Shown: one piece after another, positions 27,777 through 37,204 of the stretch
Position numbering within the stretch: position 1 is the stretch's first letter
How the letters are laid out: every line of letters begins with the position of its first letter
From: an uncultured Flavobacteriales bacterium
GTDB lineage: Bacteria; Bacteroidota; Bacteroidia; Flavobacteriales_G; Salibacteraceae
Reading direction: 5' to 3'
Assembly: GCA_913020435.1 (NCBI GenBank)
Contig: CAJVZZ010000001.1
Span: 108,105 to 172,104 of the forward strand
Length of the DNA: 64,000 bases
The notes under the pieces: generated by a model
What the model saw: the letters and a program-made list of their open reading frames with translations, nothing else
Database searches by the model: none
What the model was told of the DNA's origin: nothing
Position numbers and translations under genes: made by a program

Positions 27777-29090
27777 ATGGCACTTTCTAAAAATTACAGA
27801 ATATCCTTTGCGCTCATAACTGTTCTATTCTTTTTTTTAGGATTTATTACTGTGTTGGTTGACTCGTTAATCCCACGATTACGAGAGCTTTTTGATTTAA
27901 GTTATTTTGAAGCTGGGACTGTGCAATTTGCTTTTTTCAGTGCTTATTTTGCCTTATCGATTCCGTCAAGTTATTTTTTGACAAAAATTGGATACAAGGG
28001 AGGAATTATTACTGGATTGCTCGTAATGGCTTTAGGATGTGCTTTGTTCTATCCTGCTGCAGAATATCGGTCATTTGGAATATTTATTTCTGGTTATTTT
28101 ATTCTAGCAGGAGGTATGACGTTATTGCAAGTAGCCATAAATCCTTTTGTAGCTGTTTTAGGAGATGAAAAATCTTCATCAAGTAGATTGACGTTAGCAC
28201 AAGCATTCAACTCATTGGGGACGGCCATAGCGCCTGCTGTTGGAGCTTTTTTTATTCTGTCTGATACCATTAAAACTAAAGCTCAAATAGAGGATTTAAC
28301 CCATTCTATGAAAGAATCATACTTGGCTGCAGAAGCTGCAGCGGTGCAACTTCCATTTGTAACAATTGCTGCTGTTATTGCTTTGGTGGCAGTTGTTTTT
28401 CTTTTTGCAAAACTTCCTAAGCTCATTGAGTCGAATGAAAGAACTTCTTATTGGGATTTATTACAGCATAAAAATTTATTGTATGGAGTTCTAGGTATCT
28501 TCTTTTATGTGGGAGCAGAAGTTGCAATTGGCAGTTATTTGGTCAACTACTTATTAGATATGGACCTAGTGCCCATAATAAAGAATAATGCATACATGAA
28601 ATCCATAGCTGAGGGCATATTGAATGCTGATTTGCTGCAAAAAGATCAAAAAGCTATAGTTGGAGTTTTCGTTACATTTTATTGGTCAGGAGCTATGATT
28701 GGCAGATTTGTAGGAGCTTACCTTACCAAAAGATATAGCCCTGGCAAAGTAATCGGAATATTCGCTTTCTGTGCGATCGTCTTGTCTCTTATTTCAATTT
28801 CAACGACTGGTTTAACAGCCATGTGGAGTGTAATTACAATAGGGTTATTCAATTCTATTATGTTCCCAACAATCTTCAGTCTAGCAATTGGAGGTTTGGG
28901 AGTGCTTAAACCTAAAGCATCTGGCTTACTGTGTATGGCAATTGTTGGAGGTGCGCTAGTCCCGCCAATGTTTGGCTTTTTAGCAGACACGGGTGGATTT
29001 AAAATTGCTCTGTTGCTGGTTGTCTTTTGCTATGCCTATATAGCCTTCTTCGGCTTTAGGAATTATAGAATGAAAAATTCAATACTCTAG
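27777..29090 (+). CDS. MFS transporter of the glucose/galactose (GluP/FucP-like) family
   Basis: 12-TM protein of 437 aa whose N-terminal pattern (FALITVLFFFLGFITVLVDSLIPRLRELF) is typical of GluP/FucP-type importers. Last gene of the operon. Confidence 0.75.
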   Translation: MALSKNYRISFALITVLFFFLGFITVLVDSLIPRLRELFDLSYFEAGTVQFAFFSAYFALSIPSSYFLTKIGYKGGIITGLLVMALGCALFYPAAEYRSFGIFISGYFILAGGMTLLQVAINPFVAVLGDEKSSSSRLTLAQAFNSLGTAIAPAVGAFFILSDTIKTKAQIEDLTHSMKESYLAAEAAAVQLPFVTIAAVIALVAVVFLFAKLPKLIESNERTSYWDLLQHKNLLYGVLGIFFYVGAEVAIGSYLVNYLLDMDLVPIIKNNAYMKSIAEGILNADLLQKDQKAIVGVFVTFYWSGAMIGRFVGAYLTKRYSPGKVIGIFAFCAIVLSLISISTTGLTAMWSVITIGLFNSIMFPTIFSLAIGGLGVLKPKASGLLCMAIVGGALVPPMFGFLADTGGFKIALLLVVFCYAYIAFFGFRNYRMKNSIL

Positions 29091-29293
29091 TTCAACAAGT
29101 TTTTTAATCTTCAGCGATTTTTCAAAGTGATCTAATTTATCGGTATTAATCCTCCATCTGGCTAATTCCAGCAGTAGCTCTGGATTATCGTTTTTATTAG
29201 CGAAAAAGGCATAAAACAAGAGGCCTATGTTAGCGCCTTTTCTGGCGATTTTTTCGTCACAGATTTGAGTGATTTTTAGTTATAGATCTTTCT

Positions 29294-30700
29294 TCATAAG
29301 ATTTGGTAGTGGCAATTCTCTAATATTTCCTTTGCCCTTTCCTCAGTTCTTCCCTCAGCATATGTCCTCAGAACAGGCTCGGTTCCAGAAGGTCGAATCA
29401 TTAACCATTCGTCTGCATTGAAGTAATATTTCCAGCCGTCTAAGTCTTCAATGCGCTCAACTTTCCAATTGCCAAATGAGCTGTATTTCCCTGCTTTGCA
29501 ATTAGATACAACTTCTTGTTTTTTGGCTTGAGAAAGCTTTAAATCAATACGCTGAAATGCAAAGCTGCCAACTAAATCAGTCACTTCCTTCAATAATTCT
29601 GGAAGCGTTTTTTTAGTTTCCATCATGGCTTGAATCAATACCAACCCATTCCATATACCATCACGCTCCGGAATATGTCCCTTCACTGCAATACCACCGG
29701 ACTCTTCGCCGCCAACTAAAATGTCCTCGTTCACCATTAGACTGCAAATATGTTTGAATCCAATAGGTACAACCTCTAATTCTAGATTATGCATTTTGCA
29801 GAATTGAGTAATTTTTACTGTGGAGCTAAAGCCCGTGGCTACTTTTCCTTTCCAGCCTTTGTAATTGCACAAATAGTGGAGTAGCAGTAATATAATATTG
29901 TGTGAATCGATGTAATTGCCTTCTCCGTCAAATAAGCCAATTCGATCGGCGTCGCCATCATTTACCAATCCAAAATCAAGATTTGGAGTATCTTGAAGGT
30001 GATTTTGATAAGCACCTAAATTCTTGAGAACAGGTTCTGGATTTATGCCGAAAAAAGTAGGGTTCCATTCGCAACGAAAAAGGTCAGCATTTGGAAACAG
30101 TTCTTGCATAATGAATTGGCCACTACCATACATAGCGTCGTAGGAAAGGTTTAGTCCAGAGTTTCGGATAGCCTCAATATCGAAGGACATATGAATTTTA
30201 TCCAAGTACAATTTCTTTAAGTCTACTTCTTGAGCTGAATTATTGTCGAATGCTTCAAATTCATAAGAAATATTGTCTGGAATAAGTTCTTCGATTTCTG
30301 AAATAGCCTCGGCCAATAGTGGGCCTCCAAAAGCTCCCTTTAGTTTGTAACCATTGTAGTTTGCCGGATTGTGTGAAGCTGTTAGAATTATTCCTAAATC
30401 ACAATCCAACTCCTTAGCCGCAAGACTAATTGCTGGCGTTGTAATCGGTTGATTGTAGATTATTGTTTCAATACCCTCATGCAATAACACTTTAGAAACC
30501 ACATCCATAAACTGTTTACCGGCAAAGCGACAATCGAAACCGATAACCACTTTGGATTTGGAATTAGTGTTGAGGACAGAGTTCGGCTTGGTCTGCTTTA
30601 ACCAATTAGCTACTCCGTAAGTTATTCGGGCAACATTGTAATTGGTAAATTCTTTTGCAATTATGGCTCTCCAACCATCTGTTCCAAATTTTATTTTCAT
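29294..30700 (-). CDS. Phosphoglucomutase/phosphomannomutase (alpha-D-phosphohexomutase superfamily)
   Basis: Active-site serine loop TASHNPANYNGYK, metal loop NDGDADRIG and sugar-binding GGEESGG. Confidence 0.85.
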   Translation of the reverse strand: MKIKFGTDGWRAIIAKEFTNYNVARITYGVANWLKQTKPNSVLNTNSKSKVVIGFDCRFAGKQFMDVVSKVLLHEGIETIIYNQPITTPAISLAAKELDCDLGIILTASHNPANYNGYKLKGAFGGPLLAEAISEIEELIPDNISYEFEAFDNNSAQEVDLKKLYLDKIHMSFDIEAIRNSGLNLSYDAMYGSGQFIMQELFPNADLFRCEWNPTFFGINPEPVLKNLGAYQNHLQDTPNLDFGLVNDGDADRIGLFDGEGNYIDSHNIILLLLHYLCNYKGWKGKVATGFSSTVKITQFCKMHNLELEVVPIGFKHICSLMVNEDILVGGEESGGIAVKGHIPERDGIWNGLVLIQAMMETKKTLPELLKEVTDLVGSFAFQRIDLKLSQAKKQEVVSNCKAGKYSSFGNWKVERIEDLDGWKYYFNADEWLMIRPSGTEPVLRTYAEGRTEERAKEILENCHYQIL

Positions 30701-30701
30701 C

Positions 30702-31727
30702 TTAATTGTAGATTTTTCGCTGGTTCAAAGCCTTTTGATATCGCCTTGCATTATTAATATGATCTCTATAGTTTGTGGCAAAATTGTGGTATCCTGAAAA
30801 ATCTTCCTTAGCACAGAAATACAAGAACATGTGATTTTGTGGATTTAGAACAGCATCAACAGAGGAAATTTCAGGAATTCTGATAGGGCCAGGAGGCAGG
30901 CCTTTGTACAAATAGGTGTTGTATGGGGAATTGATTTTTTTATGAATGTTCAGGACTCTTCTAATGGAAAAATCACCAATTCCAAAAATTAGAGTAGGGT
31001 CGGCCTGTAGCAGCATGTTTTTTCGCAATCGATTTAAATATACTCCGGCAACTCGCGGTTTTTCATCATTCATTTTAGTTTCTTCCTCAACGATGCTAGC
31101 AAGTGTAACCACCTCACTTTGAGTGAGATTAAGTTTAGTTGCTTTTGCTTTTCGCTTATTATTCCAAAAACTCTTAAATTCTTGAGCCATACGATTTACG
31201 AATTTTTCTGGACTAGTATTCCAGAAAAACTGATAGGTATTAGGAATAAACAAAGCTGGAAATGTTGCCTTGTTAAATCCATATTTGCCAACTGTTTTAT
31301 TATCGATGAAATAGTTGAGAAATTCTGTAGAATCTGGTTCTAAGTATTTAGAAACTGCTCCAGCTAGTTGTGCAATGGTTCTTTGATTATTGAAGGTAAC
31401 TTTTACAGGGATTTGCTCTCCAGATCTAAGTCTATCTATTATTTGAGCATTATTCCAATCGGCTTCAATCTTATATTTACCAGGTTTTACACGGTTTGGA
31501 TAGTTTTTTTGTCGGGCAACCCAATCAAAGTTACTTGCACTCTCTAACCAAACGGAGTCTTTAAGAGCCACTAATAGTTTTTTGTAATCCCAGTTACTAC
31601 TTATATATAGGACCTTAGATTCGGAGCCTATAACTGCAGGTGCATAAATTTTTTGATAATAGTTGTAGCCAATATAGGCTCCAATAGCGATAAATAGAAC
31701 GAGTAGAAATAGTATTGTTTTTTTCAA
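30702..31727 (-). CDS. mltG: Endolytic murein transglycosylase MltG (YceG family)
   Basis: N-terminal TM anchor, a YceG-like sequence with LASIVEEE (catalytic Glu region) and LQADPT. Confidence 0.85.
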   Translation of the reverse strand: MKKTILFLLVLFIAIGAYIGYNYYQKIYAPAVIGSESKVLYISSNWDYKKLLVALKDSVWLESASNFDWVARQKNYPNRVKPGKYKIEADWNNAQIIDRLRSGEQIPVKVTFNNQRTIAQLAGAVSKYLEPDSTEFLNYFIDNKTVGKYGFNKATFPALFIPNTYQFFWNTSPEKFVNRMAQEFKSFWNNKRKAKATKLNLTQSEVVTLASIVEEETKMNDEKPRVAGVYLNRLRKNMLLQADPTLIFGIGDFSIRRVLNIHKKINSPYNTYLYKGLPPGPIRIPEISSVDAVLNPQNHMFLYFCAKEDFSGYHNFATNYRDHINNARRYQKALNQRKIYN

Positions 31728-32246
31728 TTATTCAAATATTTTCTGAAGTAAAACTTCATCATGGATTTCCTTACCAATTCTTATCCAATCTTTTTTAACT
31801 CCAATTGCATGAAATCCAAAATGCTCGAATAGATTCAGACTAATCTCATTGGTAGTGAGCACATTACAATATACTTGGTGACATTCTAAAATGTCTCTAC
31901 AATATTCAAGAATGAGTTCAATAGACTCTTTTCCAAATCCTCGTTTACGCTGTTCAACTTCACTAATCAAAATTCCAACACCAACTCTACGATGATTTGG
32001 TTCAAAATCAAAAAGATCAACACAACCAAGGGCTTTTTGCGTTCCAAGTTCCTCAATAATAAAACGAATTTGCTTTTGAGCATATATATCTTGAACACTA
32101 TTTACGTACTGTTCAAGTGAAAATCGACTATAGGGTTGAATCGTATCTGAGATTTGCCAAATCTCACTGTTATTTTCCCATTCAAATAATAGATCAATAT
32201 CAGATGGTTCTAGGGCGCGAAGTTTTATATGTTTACCATTGAGCAT
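31728..32246 (-). CDS. GNAT family N-acetyltransferase
   Basis: Acetyl-CoA binding motif region RRVGVGILISEVEQRKRGFGKE. 172 aa. Confidence 0.75.
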   Translation of the reverse strand: MLNGKHIKLRALEPSDIDLLFEWENNSEIWQISDTIQPYSRFSLEQYVNSVQDIYAQKQIRFIIEELGTQKALGCVDLFDFEPNHRRVGVGILISEVEQRKRGFGKESIELILEYCRDILECHQVYCNVLTTNEISLNLFEHFGFHAIGVKKDWIRIGKEIHDEVLLQKIFE

Positions 32247-32329
32247 AAAACAAATTTGAAATAAAATATGGATTAATTGTTCTTAAAACTGAATAATACT
32301 AATTTGGCTGATATAAGATTTGAATAATT

Positions 32330-33226
32330 ATGAATACTACTCCAAATAGACAGAGTGAAACTCTTCAAGAAAGCGAATTAGTTTTAAATGATGATGGCAG
32401 CGTTTATCATTTGCATTTGAAACCAGAACATATAGCAGATACAGTGCTATTAGTTGGAGATCAAGGAAGGGTAGAGCAGATTTGCGCGAAATTTGACACT
32501 ATTGAATTCTCTATTCAAAATCGTGAGTTTTATACCCAAACAGGAAGCTTTAATGGAAAACGAATTACCGTTATGTCAACCGGTATTGGAACAGACAACA
32601 TAGATATTGCCATAAATGAATTAGATGCGGCGGTTAATATTGATTTAGTAAACAGGTCAATTAAACCTGAAATAACCTCTTTAAACCTTATTAGAATTGG
32701 AACTTGTGGAGCTTTGCAGCCTGATGTTCCTGTGGATTCCTTTGCAATTTCTTCCTATGGGATAGGTTTTGATGGATTACTGAATTTTTATGAGCATTCA
32801 AAAACAGAGAATGAATCTCAAATACAAACTGATTTTATTGATTTCTATAAAAATAATGGGCACGAAATAGATGTCTATGTTAGCGAAGGAAATAAAGAAC
32901 TAATAGCAATGTTGGAGCCAGGGATGATTAAGGGGATTACTGCAACTGCCAATGGATTCTATGGTCCCCAAGGCAGAGTTTTGCGTTTAAAGGCTCAAAT
33001 TCCAGATCAAAATGAGTTGCTCAGAGATTTCAGATCCGGTGAAAGTCGAATTATCAATTTTGAAATGGAAACTTCGGGTTTATATGGAATTGGGAGTTTA
33101 TTAGGTCACAATTGTTGTACGGTTTGCGCTGTTATTGCTAATCGGTTTAGTAAAACCTATTCAGAAGATTATAAGTTGACAGTAGATAAATTGATTGATA
33201 CAGTTTTAGATAAACTAACAGTTTAG
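32330..33226 (+). CDS. Nucleoside phosphorylase family protein (PNP/UDP type 1)
   Basis: Motifs MSTGIGTDNIDI, RIGTCGAL and FEMETSGLY, typical of uridine/purine nucleoside phosphorylases. Confidence 0.65.
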   Translation: MNTTPNRQSETLQESELVLNDDGSVYHLHLKPEHIADTVLLVGDQGRVEQICAKFDTIEFSIQNREFYTQTGSFNGKRITVMSTGIGTDNIDIAINELDAAVNIDLVNRSIKPEITSLNLIRIGTCGALQPDVPVDSFAISSYGIGFDGLLNFYEHSKTENESQIQTDFIDFYKNNGHEIDVYVSEGNKELIAMLEPGMIKGITATANGFYGPQGRVLRLKAQIPDQNELLRDFRSGESRIINFEMETSGLYGIGSLLGHNCCTVCAVIANRFSKTYSEDYKLTVDKLIDTVLDKLTV

Positions 33227-33286
33227 TATTTATAACTAAAGAAACCACGAAGTTAAGAACGCAATGATGCCTCTACATTTGTTGTA

Positions 33287-34162
33287 ATGGCAACTGTGAA
33301 CGACGAAATTAAAGCCTTAATCTCTTTATTAGATGATCCCGATGAATTGATTTTTGATCAAATTCGATTAAAAATTCAATCTTTAGGAGAAGAAATAATT
33401 CCGGTGCTGGAAGATGCATGGGAACATGAAGCCTATGGGATTTTATTTCAAAGTAGGGTAGAGAACATTATTCATAATATCCAATTTGATAATGTAAAAG
33501 CAGATTTGGGTGCTTGGGCAGCCACTGAAGAAAAAGATTTGTTAGATGGAATGCTGGCACTTGCAAAGTATCAATATCCTGAAATTAATGAGGCTGAAAT
33601 TCGAATTCATATAAATAAGCTTGAAAAAGATATTTGGTTGGAATTTCATGATGGATTAACTGCACTAGAGAAGCTGAAAGTATTCAATCATATAATGTTT
33701 GACGTACATGGTTTTGAGGCAAATAAAAAGCACTATCATTCCCCTGACAACTCATTTATTAATAGAGTTTTAGAGAGTAAAAGAGGCAATCCTATATCGT
33801 TAGCTATCTTATATTTAATTTTATCCGATCGATTAGATTTACCTGTTTATGGAGTTAATCTTCCGCGTCATTTTATCTTAGCTTGGGGTGACTTAATGGA
33901 TATTTCTGTCAATGAAGGGGATGATGCTAAAATCTTGTTTTATATCAATCCTTTTTCAGGCGGAAGTGTTTTCGGTAAAAGCGATATAGATGCTTTTTTG
34001 AAAGAACTGAAGTTAAAGCCCAATCCTATTTTCTTTTTGCCATGCTCTAATTACGATATTATGGTGCGTTCTATGAATAATCTTATTCATTCTTATGATC
34101 AAGAAGGGCATGGGCATAAAGCCGAAGAAATTCGCGAATTACAAAGAATCATTAAGCTATAA
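33287..34162 (+). CDS. SirB1-like transglutaminase-fold protein
   Basis: Segment VLESKRGNPISLAILYLILSDRLDLPVYGVNLPRHFILAW matches the SirB1/YchA-type transglutaminase-like core as I remember it. Confidence 0.55.
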   Translation: MATVNDEIKALISLLDDPDELIFDQIRLKIQSLGEEIIPVLEDAWEHEAYGILFQSRVENIIHNIQFDNVKADLGAWAATEEKDLLDGMLALAKYQYPEINEAEIRIHINKLEKDIWLEFHDGLTALEKLKVFNHIMFDVHGFEANKKHYHSPDNSFINRVLESKRGNPISLAILYLILSDRLDLPVYGVNLPRHFILAWGDLMDISVNEGDDAKILFYINPFSGGSVFGKSDIDAFLKELKLKPNPIFFLPCSNYDIMVRSMNNLIHSYDQEGHGHKAEEIRELQRIIKL

Positions 34163-34195
34163 TAAAGCTTAATATTCAATTATCGAAACGACTAA

Positions 34196-35410
34196 TTACT
34201 GGTAAAAGAAACTATTGAAGAAGTGGAGTATTGCTCTAAGGAATTCTGCTATTGCACTTGATATAGGATCGTTATAGCTTCGTCCAACCACATAAAATAG
34301 AAAGAGAACGTAAAGGCCTAATAGGATGAAAGACTTGATTTTTCCAACGGTTTTTCCAAGATAGAAAATAAAGAACACTACAATAGTTAGTAGGAATAAT
34401 AGAACCCGAAGTTCACCACTCAGCTCATTAATTTCAGGCGTCATTTGAATTGGCCCATGCAACAATGTAAATAGGAACAATGGGAACCCCAGAGCAAAAC
34501 ATATGTCGAACATGTTACTGCCCATTGCATTAGAAACGGCATCATCATAGTTACCCTTTTGGGCATCCTTCATACTAATAATTGTATCAGGAATTGAAGA
34601 GGCCATTGATGCAATTATTAAAGCTACAAATAGAATTGGTATATCTAATCCTTCAAAAGTCCCTATAAGTGGAACGGTGTAAGATTTTGCACCAATCCAT
34701 TCACATGCTAACACTAATAAATAGCAACTTACAGCTATGGTTAGAGTGCTTGTGATAAGCAAAGGCCAAGCATTTGCATTTGTCATTTTCTGACCACCAA
34801 TAAAAATGCCTTCGAAATCTAATGTTATACCTTGTTGAAGTCTAGAGCTGTCTTTTTCTTCACTTTCAACTACTCCTAAAGATTCCGATTGTTTTTGTTC
34901 GTGATAAGTATCGTCGTCAACCTTGTCACCTTTTGTCATTGTAGTGAGCATGTAAGTAATGTATATTACATATATGCCCATTAAGATTGCTCCATGCCAC
35001 CAGTGTAAACTGTTGCCTGAAATAAGAACGATTAATATAGCTTCTGTTAGAATAAGAGCAATACCATCTCTTCGAATAACTTTTTTAGAAACGGTCACCA
35101 CTTTAGTCATCCCAGCATAAATAACAGCTAGAATAGCAATTGCAGGAATTATCATGGCATTAAATATGGCCGATCCAGCAGTAGTTCCGATTCCTCCACT
35201 AAAACCGTCAACGTCATTTAGAAAGAATAAAAAGAAAATGGTAGTGAACAATTCTGGCATTGAACTGGCAATTGCGTTGATTGTAGCACCCTTTACACCA
35301 TCGCTTAAATTACGTCCTAAATAGTCAGACGCAATAGTAAAACCATCAACACTTCTCCAAATAACGATGGAACAAAATGCAACAAGAATAATTGGAATTA
35401 ATAGCCCCAT
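34196..35410 (-). CDS. Ca2+/cation antiporter (CaCA, YrbG-like sodium/calcium exchanger family)
   Basis: Two alpha-repeat signatures (GTTAGSAIFNAMIIPA and SNAMGSNMFDICFALG) separated by an acidic cytoplasmic loop. About 10 TM segments. Confidence 0.75.
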   Translation of the reverse strand: MGLLIPIILVAFCSIVIWRSVDGFTIASDYLGRNLSDGVKGATINAIASSMPELFTTIFFLFFLNDVDGFSGGIGTTAGSAIFNAMIIPAIAILAVIYAGMTKVVTVSKKVIRRDGIALILTEAILIVLISGNSLHWWHGAILMGIYVIYITYMLTTMTKGDKVDDDTYHEQKQSESLGVVESEEKDSSRLQQGITLDFEGIFIGGQKMTNANAWPLLITSTLTIAVSCYLLVLACEWIGAKSYTVPLIGTFEGLDIPILFVALIIASMASSIPDTIISMKDAQKGNYDDAVSNAMGSNMFDICFALGFPLFLFTLLHGPIQMTPEINELSGELRVLLFLLTIVVFFIFYLGKTVGKIKSFILLGLYVLFLFYVVGRSYNDPISSAIAEFLRAILHFFNSFFYQ

Positions 35411-35421
35411 AAAATTAGCGG

Positions 35422-36498
35422 TTAAAATCCGCCCTCCTCAGTTTTAAACATTTCTTCAATTTTTACAGAGGCAGCGCCATTCATAATCATAATTAAATAA
35501 TCACCAGATTCAATAGTAATGTCATAACTCGGGTTTTTGATTAAAGTCCGTTCACCGTCTTTGACTTTGGATAAACCAATTAAAATTACATTAGTGGCCT
35601 TTTTTAGTTGCAAGAATACATCGTTATATGCCATTCCCGTAAGCGGGTTTTCAGAACTAACACGGTATTCTTTTATATCATAATCATCATCACTTTCTGC
35701 AAAGGAGAGAATGTCCTCGCTATAACGCGCTACATCTGGTTCAAAAATGTAGCTAGCCAATAGTTTAGATGAAATTTCATTTTTTGATATAGTGTAAGTG
35801 ACACCGGCACTTAGGAAGGTATTTTTTAAGTTGGAATTGTCTAGTGTAACGATAAATTTAAGATCGTTATAATGTTTCTTGATATTTAAAATTTGAACTA
35901 ATTTCTCTGTATCATTCTCAAAGTTCACGTAAACAACCGCTGAATTAGAAATATTGACTTTTTCCAACATTTCCATTTTGTTATAATCAGCAAGTAAAGT
36001 GAAAACTTGTTTGTCGGAATAACTTTCTCGTATTAAATCGATGTCATCTCTTTTGTTAGTAACTATAGCTGTTTTCTTTCCTACACCTATGAGTTGCTCC
36101 AGCACCTCATAACCAATATTGTTCCAGCCAATAATTACAGCGTGGTTAGTAAAATTTGTACCTTGAAAACCCAGTTTTCGCTCTTCTAAACGTTCTGCCA
36201 TATAGTTGGAAATCTGTCCAATGAGAAAGCCAAAAATACTAAAACTACCCAGTATAAAAATAGCCCCAATTAATTTACCTCCAATAGTATGTGGGTACAT
36301 GTCTCCATATCCAACGGTAGTAAGGGTTACTATTGAATACCATAGTCCATCATAAAAATCTCGGATAGCACTTTCTTGACTTGCACTTTCAAAAAACACA
36401 AGTATAAACAAGAGGACCACATATAATACAACTATGGTTGTTAAGATGAGAATTTTACGTTGCTTGCTGGAGAGTGATTTTAGTTTAGAGAATGCCAC
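35422..36498 (-). CDS. Two-TM potassium channel with C-terminal RCK/TrkA-N domain
   Basis: Selectivity filter TTVGYGD, followed by a Rossmann-like HAVIIGWNNIGYEV region. GTG start. Confidence 0.8.
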   Translation of the reverse strand: MAFSKLKSLSSKQRKILILTTIVVLYVVLLFILVFFESASQESAIRDFYDGLWYSIVTLTTVGYGDMYPHTIGGKLIGAIFILGSFSIFGFLIGQISNYMAERLEERKLGFQGTNFTNHAVIIGWNNIGYEVLEQLIGVGKKTAIVTNKRDDIDLIRESYSDKQVFTLLADYNKMEMLEKVNISNSAVVYVNFENDTEKLVQILNIKKHYNDLKFIVTLDNSNLKNTFLSAGVTYTISKNEISSKLLASYIFEPDVARYSEDILSFAESDDDYDIKEYRVSSENPLTGMAYNDVFLQLKKATNVILIGLSKVKDGERTLIKNPSYDITIESGDYLIMIMNGAASVKIEEMFKTEEGGF

Positions 36499-36577
36499 TA
36501 ATAGTAATTAAATTTTGAGTGTATTCAAAAATATTAAAATTCCAATACAAGAAGTAATTGTAGTAGGAACGAATTTT

Positions 36578-36585
36578 TATATTTG
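36578..36585 (+). promoter_or_regulatory. Candidate -7 promoter box (TAnnTTTG) upstream of tRNA-Arg
   Basis: TATATTTG is an exact consensus match, with a TTG 17 nt upstream. It lies about 120 nt before the tRNA. Confidence 0.25.
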
Positions 36586-36706
36586 CAGCCCGAAACTGAT
36601 TTGGCATTTTTCGAAATTACTTTATCAATTTCATGTTAGCAAGGATTGGAAAATAGAATGAAGTGAAAAGAACTCTTTATTGTATAAAGATTCAAATTCA
36701 AAAAAA

Positions 36707-36780
36707 GGTCGCGTAGCTCAGCTGGATAGAGCATCTGCCTTCTAAGCAGACGGTCCCAGGTTCGAATCCTGGCGCGATCA
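36707..36780 (+). tRNA. tRNA-Arg (anticodon TCT)
   Basis: Cloverleaf folded by hand, 74 nt in total. Acceptor GGTCGCG/CGCGATC, D arm GCTC-AGCTGGATA-GAGC, anticodon arm TCTGC-CTTCTAA-GCAGA, variable CGGTC, T arm CCAGG-TTCGAAT-CCTGG, discriminator A. No encoded CCA. Confidence 0.95.
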
Positions 36781-36784
36781 CTAG

Positions 36785-36815
36785 AAAGCCTCTCACGACA
36801 GTGGGAGGCTTTTTT
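36785..36815 (+). terminator. Rho-independent terminator after tRNA-Arg
   Basis: AAAGCCTCTCAC-GACA-GTGGGAGGCTTT forms a 12-bp stem with one G-U pair and runs into TTTTTT. Confidence 0.7.
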
Positions 36816-37171
36816 ATTTATATAAACCCTGATTTGGATTAAATGTTAATGGTCTAAAAAAGATTTTTATAAGTCACTAAAGTTAATGTGGTTTTGGTTG
36901 TATGAAGCTTTTTATTAGTCTAGGATAACATTTCTGTCGGTTACGAGATTAAAAAATTGAGCTTTTTGATACTTTAAAAGCTTTGAAAAACAAAAACTAA
37001 TACTTATCAGCATTCAAAATAAGAAAATGATATTCTATTTGAGTTAGTTTATCTGCTAATTATTCTATTAATATTCTAGGTTTATTTGTTTTTTTTGAAA
37101 TATTTTTTGAATGCATTTCGTTACGGTTATTTAATTTCAATTAAATAGTTCTCGATATTTATTAAACGTAT

Positions 37172-37179
37172 TAACTTTG
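37172..37179 (+). promoter_or_regulatory. Candidate -7 promoter box (TAnnTTTG) for the 37205 two-gene module
   Basis: TAACTTTG is an exact consensus match ending 25 nt before the ATG at 37205. Confidence 0.3.
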
Positions 37180-37204
37180 GGGTCGTACAATTTCAATTGA
37201 TAAT

